From an uncultured Acidimicrobiia bacterium (lineage in GTDB: Bacteria; Actinomycetota; Acidimicrobiia; Acidimicrobiales; JACDCH01), in NCBI GenBank assembly GCA_963821725.1, contig CAWGFA010000012.1, positions 64,229-128,228 on the forward strand: a stretch of 64,000 nt of DNA, in the 5' to 3' direction. How positions within the stretch are numbered: position 1 is the first letter of the stretch; the number at the start of each line of letters is the position of its first letter. The position numbers and the translations under genes are program-made. Under the pieces are notes generated by a model. The model saw only the letters and a program-made list of their open reading frames with translations. It made no database searches and was not told where the DNA came from. Of this stretch, positions 56,942 to 64,000 are shown piece by piece.

Positions 56942-57606
56942 TCAGAACAGGCGCAACGTGTTCGACTCCGAGGCCGCGCAAGCTCGTCGTAGTCGACCTC
57001 GACCCAGGTGATGCCACGGCTCTCGGCGAGCACGCGCGCCTGCGGTTTCACCACCTGCGCGACGAAGATGCCGCGCACCGGCCGCAACATCGGATCGAGG
57101 TTCATCCGCTCGAGGTAGCGCGTGAGCTGCTCGACGCCGTCGATCTCACCGCGCCGCTTCACCTCGATGGCCACGGCGACACCGTCTTGGTCGCGGCAGA
57201 GCAGGTCGACGGGACCGATGTCGGTCGGATGCTCGCGGCGCACGAGTCGTAGTCCGGCCGCGATCGCGGCGCAGTTCGCGGCCAGCAGCTCCTGCAGGTG
57301 TGCTTCGACGCCGTCCTTCTGCAGACCGGGATCGACTGCCGAGCTCGTAGCTGACGTCCGACATGATCTCGTCGATCGTGATGGTGAGCGTCTCGCCCTT
57401 GCTGTTGGTGACCGATCCACGGTCCCGGCTCTTCGACGAGCCGATTCGGAGCCGACCATCCAGTTGAGCGGCTTGTACGCGCCGCCGTCGGAGTGGATCG
57501 ACAGGCAACCGTCGGCCTTGATCATCAACAGCCGCGTCGCCATCGGCAGATGCGCGGTGAGGCGGCCGTCGTAGTCGACGGCGCACCGCGCGATGACCAG
57601 ACGCAC
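56942..57606 (-). pseudogene. nucS: endonuclease NucS (EndoMS, non-canonical mismatch repair), four frame disruptions (about 57440, 57345, 56990, 56975)
   Basis: [51 protein letters not shown] middle piece sits in another frame ([27 protein letters not shown]). Then comes [18 protein letters not shown]...GPVDLLCRD...[20 protein letters not shown].... The corrected end is [11 protein letters not shown]. Confidence 0.85.
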
Positions 57607-57633
57607 CGGCCGAGACTACGAGCCCCACCTCAG

Positions 57634-57685
57634 CGAATGTTGGTTCGATTGTGGGGCTATCGCCCCACAATCGACCCGAAGTTGG
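57634..57685 (+). repeat. REP-like hairpin element family R, copy f
   Basis: CGAATGTTGGT-TCGATTGTGGGGC-tatc-GCCCCACAATCGA-CCCGAAGTTGG. It lies between the nucS start (57606) and the aldo/keto reductase stop (57698), both on the minus strand. This copy is therefore antisense to the flanking genes. Confidence 0.8.
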
Positions 57686-57697
57686 AGCTGGTCGACG

Positions 57698-58598
57698 TCA
57701 TCTCGGGATCGGAAAGATCACGTCCTCGTCCGCCATGGCGTCGGCCGCTTCCGCGCGCTCGACGGCAGCCATGGGGGCGACCCCTTCGGCGGCCGCGAGC
57801 ACGCGGGGGAGCAGCCCGAGATCTCCCGGCGTGCAGAAGGCATGGACGCCCGGCGTCGACAGTGCGAACGACACGCCACGAGCGATCGCATCGTCGTCCT
57901 GTTGCGGCTCGTACCAGGACGTCGCCCAGCGCTCCGCAGTTGCGGGATCGCCGGCCATCACATCGGCCAGCGGCCGCCGATCGGGCCAGGGCCGGCGAGC
58001 GACGGCCTTGATGACCATGACACCGAGATCACGCTCGGTGCACAGCGCGAGCAGCTCCTCGGCCGCCTCTCGGTACATCGGGTCGGCCCACAGCCGTGGG
58101 TAGATCGGGAACATCACCGTGTCGAGGTCGTAGCGGCGAAGTGCCTCGAGGAACGTCGTCGGCACCGAGAGGTCGTGCCCGGTGATGCCGGCGAACCGAC
58201 ACCTGCCTTCGTCGCGGAGCCGGAGGATGCGCTCGATCCCCGGGGCTCGGTTGTCGAGCTCTTCGAGCGTGGTGACCCCGTGGGCCTGGTACAGGTCGAG
58301 GACGTCACAGCCGAGCAGCCGGCGGCTCTCGTCGAACTGGTCGACGACACCGTCGGGATTCGAGCGCAACGTCTTCGCGGCGACGAACAGCCGGTTACGC
58401 ACGGCGGGGATCGCCGGACCGACTGCTTTCTGTGCGTCTCCGTACTGCGGCGCGATGTCGAGGTGGTTGACCCCGCGCTCCATCGCGCAGCGCGAGGCCC
58501 CGCGCACCATCGTCTTCGGACGACGCCCAGAAGGCTGCGCCGCCGAGGATGGCGACGCTGCTCTCGTGCCCCGTCCGACCCAGTCGCCGACGCTCCAT
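57698..58598 (-). pseudogene. aldo/keto reductase, one frame disruption near 58530
   Basis: MERRRLGRTGHESSVAILGGAAF (ORF 58395..58673 frame, GGAGGGGG upstream of ATG 58598) joins ...AMERGVNHLDIAPQYGDAQ... in ORF 57698..58666. Confidence 0.75.
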
Positions 58599-58636
58599 CG
58601 CTGCCCCCTCCGACCGACCGCGCCCAGCTCGTTGCT

Positions 58637-58683
58637 TGCGTGCAGAACGGACCCTATAGGGCCCACCCCGCACGCCGAAACGG
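58637..58683 (-). repeat. nested hairpin element family H, copy 3 (between the ABC1-kinase stop and the aldo/keto reductase start)
   Basis: The minus strand reads CCGTTTC-GGCGTGC-ggggt-GGGCCC-tata-GGGTCC-gttct-GCACGCA. The leader and outer stem match copy 2, but the inner hairpin is different. Confidence 0.6.
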
Positions 58684-58691
58684 CTGCGCGG

Positions 58692-60287
58692 CTACCGGCG
58701 TCGGCGGCGCTGGGTCTCCAGACGTTGTCGGATGACGGCTCGGCGGTCCTGAAGCTCTCGGTACGTCAACTTCTCGACCGAGTCGTCGAGGCCGAAGCTG
58801 GCCTTCACGCCCGTCATGTCGAGCTGCCACGCGTCGGGATCCAGCCCGAGCTCGGCCGCGATCTGTTCGCCGTAGGTGTTCGCGAAGTGGATCGAGATGT
58901 TGGCGATCTCACCGAAGATGTCGAGGTCGGGTGCGAGGGTGGCGATCGCTCCGTCGAGGAACATCATGTTCTTCACGAACAGCATGAGCTCCTTCGGCAG
59001 GCGCGCGCCGATGCCGAGCAGCGCCTTGATCGTTCGTTGGATCTCCGACACGAGCTCGTCGCCCGTCATCGTCGTCGGGTCCACCGGCGGTCGATCGAGT
59101 CCGAGGTCGACGATGATCGCGTCGAGGTCGGTGTCGGCCGGTAGCGCCCCGAGGTCGCGCAACGCGCCGAGCTGGCCCGGCACGTCGTTCATCGAGCCCG
59201 CGATCAACAGTCGCAACAGCGCATGTCGCTTCGGTTCCGACAGCCGGCCGACGATGCCGAAGTCCATGAGCGCGGTGCGCCCGTCCGCCATGACGAACAA
59301 GTTGCCGCCATGCAGGTCGCCGTGGAAGATGCCGTGGATGAGGGCGCCCTCCATGCCACCGATCATGCCGGTGCGGACGACTTCGTGGGTGTCGACGCCG
59401 GCGTCCTTCATGCCCGCGACGTCCTCGAACGCAAAGCCCCGCAGGCGTTCCATCACGAGCACGCGCCGCGTGACGAGCGAGGGGTGCGGACGCGGGACGA
59501 CATAACCCCGCTGCCCGAGGAGCGCGAAGGCGTGCGCGATCTCGAGCATGTTGTCGGCCTCGAGCCGGAAGTCGAGCTCCTCGGCGATCGTCTCGGCGAA
59601 CAGCTCGACGAGTGCAGGCGGGTTCGCGAGAGCAGCGATCGGAATGCGCCCGACGAGATGCGGCGCCACCCACGACATGACACGAAGATCGCGGTGGACG
59701 AGCTCACTCACCTGCGGACGTTGCACCTTGACGACGACTTCCTCGCCGGACACGAGCGTGGCTGCATGCACCTGCGCGATCGACGCCGCCGCGAGCGGTT
59801 CTCGGTCGATCGTTCGGAAGACGGCATCGAGCGGTTGCAGGAGGTCCTCTTCGATGACGCGACGCACGACGCCGAAGGGCTCGGGCGGCACCTGGTCACG
59901 GCATTTGCGGAACTCGGCGACGAGCGGCTCCGGGAAGATGCCCTCGCCCGACGAGATGATCTGGCCGAGCTTGATGTACGTCGGACCCAACCGCTCGGCC
60001 GCGATGCGCAGCCGCCGGGAGATGCCGGCGACCGATGTCTCGGTGCCGCGCTCGCGCACCGCCCACACCGCGACCGGCAAGCCGAGGTCTCGCAGCGTCA
60101 CGAGCATGCGCCCACCCGGAGGCAATCGCCGGTAGCGCGTCAGGTCCGGAACTGAAGCCCGGACGGCGGCGCGAAGGCGTTCGACGTCCCGGCGCCATGT
60201 CAGCGCGTCGGGATCGACGACCCACGGGCCGTGATCGGTGAACGAGCCGTACTCGACGTCAGGCGATATCTCTGGTGCTGCTGTCAC
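58692..60287 (-). CDS. ABC1/UbiB (AarF) family atypical protein kinase
   Basis: ORF 58692..60344(-). Motifs: LGPTYIKLGQIISS, AAASIAQVHAATL, VVKVQRP, HGDLHGGNLFV. Starting at GTG 60287 leaves a 61-nt divergent spacer, whereas the ORF-track start would leave only 4 nt. Intact. Confidence 0.8.
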   Translation of the reverse strand: MTAAPEISPDVEYGSFTDHGPWVVDPDALTWRRDVERLRAAVRASVPDLTRYRRLPPGGRMLVTLRDLGLPVAVWAVRERGTETSVAGISRRLRIAAERLGPTYIKLGQIISSGEGIFPEPLVAEFRKCRDQVPPEPFGVVRRVIEEDLLQPLDAVFRTIDREPLAAASIAQVHAATLVSGEEVVVKVQRPQVSELVHRDLRVMSWVAPHLVGRIPIAALANPPALVELFAETIAEELDFRLEADNMLEIAHAFALLGQRGYVVPRPHPSLVTRRVLVMERLRGFAFEDVAGMKDAGVDTHEVVRTGMIGGMEGALIHGIFHGDLHGGNLFVMADGRTALMDFGIVGRLSEPKRHALLRLLIAGSMNDVPGQLGALRDLGALPADTDLDAIIVDLGLDRPPVDPTTMTGDELVSEIQRTIKALLGIGARLPKELMLFVKNMMFLDGAIATLAPDLDIFGEIANISIHFANTYGEQIAAELGLDPDAWQLDMTGVKASFGLDDSVEKLTYRELQDRRAVIRQRLETQRRRRR

Positions 60288-60348
60288 GCCCTGGTCACTC
60301 TGCCCGGTGCAGGTACCATCCGGCCACTCGATCAGAGGGGACACGCCA

Positions 60349-62005
60349 GTGATCGACCATTGGATCGTCGACTCGCAGCCGAGCAGGCGCTATCCGATCT
60401 TCACTCGGGGCAACGTCGGCGAGGTCTTTCCCGACCCCGTTGCGCCGCTGAGCGGCGACATCATCAAGTTGTACGCGGAGCACGGTTGGCGCGACGCCTT
60501 CGTACGTTTCGGTGCCTTCGATCTCGACGAGTTCGACACGAACAACTCCGAGGTCATCGGCATCTTCGGCGGTTACTGCTACCTCAACGTGTCGATCAGC
60601 CGGATTCTCGGCGTACGTACTCCCGGGTTGACAGCGGAGTCGATCGACTACCAGCTGTGGGGCGAGATGCCGGGCGTGCCCCCGTATGCGCCGCAACCCA
60701 CTGACGAGAGCGCTCGCCACACCGAGCGGATCCAGCAGACGCTCGGGTGGGTTCTCACGGCCGACTCGCTGCCCGAATTGGCCGAGGACGAGCGCCTGCT
60801 CGACCGGCTCCGAGAGGAACGGCCCGATCTCACGCAGATGAGCGACACCGCGCTGGTGGACCGCCTGCGCGATCTGACCGACTCGCACTTCCGACGGCTG
60901 TTCGGCCAGCACCTCTTCACGTCGTATTGCGCGACCGTTCCAGTCGGCATCATCCAACAGGTGTGCGCGGCGGTCGGTCGCCCTGACGACATGCTTCGGC
61001 TGATGGCCGGCGTCGGTGACGTCGAGTCGGCCGCGCCGAGCTACGCGATGTGGGAGTTGTCGCGCCTGCCCGCGGACAGTGACGAGTTCAAGGTTCGGTT
61101 CGCCGAGTTCCTCCACGAGTACGGCGCGAGGGGGCCCAACGAATGGGAGATGCGATCGCCCACGTGGGAGACGGATCCGGCCCTCGCGCTCGTCGCCATC
61201 GAGCAGATGCGCCGGACGCCGGAGCAGGGCGCGCCGTTGGGACACCAGTCAGCGCGCGCGGCGGAGCGTCAACGGGTGGGCGCCGAGATCGCAGCAATGG
61301 TCGAGGGCGATGCCGAGACCCACGGGCAGTTCCTCGCCGCGCTCGAGAGCAGCGCCGCTCTTCCTCGCCGGTCGCGAGCGCTCGAAGACCAACGCCATCC
61401 GTCTCACCCACGAGCTGCGCCTCGCGATGCACGAGCTCGGCCGTCGCTACGTCGAACATGGTGTGTTCGACCGGCAGAACAACTTCGGCATGGTGCGGTG
61501 GGACGAGCTCGATCGACTTGCAGCCGACCCCGGCTCGTTGACCGACGCGATCAGAGCGCGTGAAGCCGTATACGCGGAGCTCCTGACGCTCGAGCCGACC
61601 TTCGTGTTCGAAGGCGAGCCCCCATCACCGTCCTCGTGGCCGCGTCGCGACGCGCGTCCGGCTGCGGTTGCCGCCGTGGGCGACGTGCTCCACGGCATCC
61701 CCGGTTGTCCTGGCAAGGCGAGTGGCCGAGCCCGCGTGGTGCTCGATTCGCACGACCCGACCGCGCTCGAGCCCGGCGACGTCCTCGTCGCACCGATCAC
61801 CGATCCGTCGTGGACGCCGTTGTTCGTGCCCGCCGCAGCCGTGGTCGTCGACGTGGGTGCGCCGTTGAGTCACGCCATCATCGTGAGCCGCGAATTGGGC
61901 ATTCCCTGCGTGGTCTCGGTGACCGACGCGACACGAAGGATTCCGGATGGTGCGTGGGTGGAGGTCGACGGCGACACCGGAACGGTCACGGTGCTCGACG
62001 CCTGA
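60349..62005 (+). pseudogene. PEP-utilising enzyme family protein (C-terminal mobile/swivel His domain), one frame disruption near 61360
   Basis: VIDHWIVDSQPSRRYPIFTRGNVGEVFPDP... is in ORF 60238..61563. ORF 61016..62005 continues to ...GIPGCPGKASGRARVV...APITDPSWTPLF...GAPLSHAIIVSRELGIPCVVSV.... Confidence 0.75.
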
Positions 62006-62026
62006 CCCACGTGTCAGGCTGAGTCC

Positions 62027-63192
62027 ATGCTCGAGGGAATTCGTGTGGTCGAGCTCGGTGTGTGGGTGGCCGGGCCGGCAGCCGCTGGGATCATGGCGGA
62101 CTGGGGTGCAGACGTGATCAAGGTCGAGGCGCCGTCGGGTGATCCGATGCGGCGGATGCTCTCGGTGACGGCCGGAGGACGCGGCGACTTGCCGAGCCCG
62201 CCGTTCGACCTCGACAACCGCGGGAAGCGGTCGGTCGTCCTCGACCTCGAGACCGATGAAGGCCGCGCCTCGATGCAACGGCTGCTCGCCACCGCCGACG
62301 TGTTCATGACGAACCTCCGGCCCGAAGCAGTCGACCGCCTGGGCCTCGGACCGGAACAGGTGCGGGCCGCGCATCCGACGCTGATCTACGCGACGGTCAC
62401 CGGGTACGGACGCGACGGTCCCGAGACGTGGCGCGCCGGCTACGACGTCGGCGCGTTCTGGGCTCGCTCCGGCCTCGCGGCTCTGGCCGTGCCGCCCGAC
62501 GATCCGCAGCCGCAGTTCCGAGGTGGGGTCGGCGACCACGTCACCGCGATCACGACCCTGGCCGGCATCCTCGGCGCGCTCTGGCAGCGCGAACGCACCG
62601 GCGACGGGCAGGTCGTCGAGACGTCGTTGCTGCGCACCGGCATCTACTGCCTGGGTTGGGACCTCGGCATCCAGTTGCGGCTCGGCAAGCTGGCATCGAC
62701 GCTGCCCCGCACCGAGCAGTCCAACCCGATGATCAACGTGTATCGGACGGCCGACGACAAGTGGTTCTGGTTGCTCGGTGTCGAGGCGGATCGCATGTGG
62801 CCGAAGCTGCTCCGTGCCATCGACCGCGAGCGCTGGGCGGACGACGACCGCTACCGCACGGCTCGCGATCGACGGCACAACGCGAAGGAACTGGTCGCCG
62901 AGCTGGACGAGCTCTTCGCGGGCCGGGCACGTGCCGAGTGGACCGAGGTGTTCGACCGAGCACGACGTGTGGTGGGCACCCGTGAACACCGCCGAAGACG
63001 TCGTGGTCGATCCGCAGGCGATCGCCGCAGGCGCATTCGTGGAGGTTCCCGACGGACTCGGCTCCGGTGCGCATCGCGCGGTCGCGACGCCGGTGCGGTT
63101 CGCCGAATCCCGACGACGCTCGGCCCCGCGGTCCCGTGCCGGCGTTGGGTGAGCACACCGAAGAAGTGCTCCGCGAGCTGCATTCTCGGTGA
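62027..63192 (+). pseudogene. family III CoA-transferase (CaiB/BaiF), two frame disruptions (about 62960 and 63105)
   Basis: MLEGIRVVELGVWVAGPAAAGIMADWGADVIKVE...DLDNRGKRSV.... The piece HDVWWAPVNTAEDVVVDPQ sits in ORF 62778..63152. The corrected end is DDARPRGPVPALGEHTEEVLRELHSR*. Confidence 0.8.
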
Positions 63193-64000
63193 ATCCGGCT
63201 CCGGAGACACCGCTCGAGATCGCCGCTCGTGTCGGCGCAAAGGTCGCGCCGCGCAGCGCCGAGATCGAGGAGAACCGCACGCTGCCGCGCGATCTCGTCG
63301 ACGATCTCGCAGCCGCAGGTCTCTTCAAGTTGTTCGTTCCGGCGCGGTATGGCGGCGCCGAGGTCAGCGCGGCCGACGGGCTGGCGGTGATGGAGGAGCT
63401 CGCGTACCACGACGGCTCGACCGGCTGGTGCGTGATGATCGCGATGACGACCGGTCTGATCGCGGGGTTCCTTCCTCCGTCGCACGCTGCCGAGATCTAC
63501 GGACCGCCCGGCGCGGTCGCCGGCGGTTTCGCGGCACCGATGGGTCGTGGGAAGCGGGTCGAGGGCGGCATCTCGGTCAACGGTCGCTGGCAGTGGGGGT
63601 CGGGCATCGCGCATTGCACGTCCATCGGCGGCGGCTGCGTGGTCGACGGCCGAGGTGGGCGACGACGGCGATGGTCCGAGCGCGAAGTTCGTGCTGTTCG
63701 ACCTCGACGACGTCGAGATCCTCGACACGTGGTACGTCGCCGGACTGAAGGGGACGGGCAGCACCGACTACGAGGTGCACGACGTGTTCGTGCCCGAGGA
63801 ACGCTGGTTCGCGCTGGCGGGCGCGGTTCCACGTCGAGGACGGCCCGCTCTACCGGTTCTCGTTCTTCGGATTGCTCGCGCTCGGCGTCTCGGCGATCGC
63901 ACTCGGTTTGGCGCGCCGTTCCATCGAGGAGTTGATCGGGCTCGCTGCGACGAAGCGCCCGCAGGGCAGCTCACGGCCGCTCGCCGAACGCGGACCCGGT
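63189..64000 (+). pseudogene. acyl-CoA dehydrogenase-family (flavin-dependent monooxygenase-like) protein, partial at the window end, at least two frame disruptions
   Basis: The GTG overlaps the upstream stop (GTGA). MNPAPETPLEIAARVGAKVAPRSAEIEENRTLPRDLVDDLAAAGLFKLFVPARYGG.... Later pieces fall in other frames: KFVLFDLDDVEILDTWYVAGLKGTGSTDYEVHDVFVPEERWF, and GPLYRFSFFGLLALGVSAIALGLARRSIEELIG. Confidence 0.7.

Noticed and set aside
1-64000. Search for tRNA, rRNA, tmRNA, riboswitches, IS elements, integrases, prophage genes, toxin-antitoxin pairs, restriction-modification or other defence systems
   Set aside because: Intergenic spacers are short, mostly under 130 nt, and none shows a cloverleaf-like or known riboswitch pattern that I could recognise by eye. 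No ORF shows transposase, integrase, phage structural, Cas, restriction enzyme or typical TA motifs. The only methyltransferase is the Mug fusion, and it has no adjacent nuclease.

Overview
High-G+C chromosomal segment (judged by eye, not computed) with an Actinomycetota signature: mycothiol amidase Mca, several F420-type LLM oxidoreductases, NucS, DnaE2, WS/DGAT wax-ester synthases and an ECF sigma factor. I can place about 62 protein-coding loci, tightly packed on both strands. Lipid and acyl-CoA metabolism dominates: a thiolase, 3 acyl-CoA dehydrogenase-family genes, an acyl-CoA synthetase, a CoA-transferase, a MaoC hydratase, SDRs, thioesterases and 2 WS/DGAT paralogs. DNA-repair genes are scattered through it: dnaE2, alkB, a methyltransferase-Mug fusion, a RecB-like nuclease and nucS. 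I saw no rRNA, tRNA, CRISPR, transposase, integrase, phage or recognisable defence genes. Three points stand out. (1) About half of the genes are frame-disrupted as sequenced. There are at least ~60 single-base indels, clustered in blocks and often in short C or G runs. This looks more like homopolymer-type assembly error than biology, but it needs read-level confirmation. The coordinates given for these genes are frame-corrected reconstructions and they are typed pseudogene. (2) The short intergenic spacers carry three unrelated families of structured repeats, which are the most novel-looking signal here. One is a 48-nt hairpin element with conserved flanks (6 copies), usually starting 8-10 nt after a stop codon, with one copy carrying a fully swapped compensatory stem. 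The second is a nested hairpin (4 copies) with a covarying outer stem, sitting between an upstream stop codon and the two WS/DGAT paralogs, an aldo/keto reductase and an unknown gene. The third is a MIRU-like 55-63 bp tandem repeat at three loci. (3) Two Gram-positive-type LexA boxes (CGAAC-N4-GTTCG) end 12-13 nt upstream of the dnaE2 and alkB start codons.
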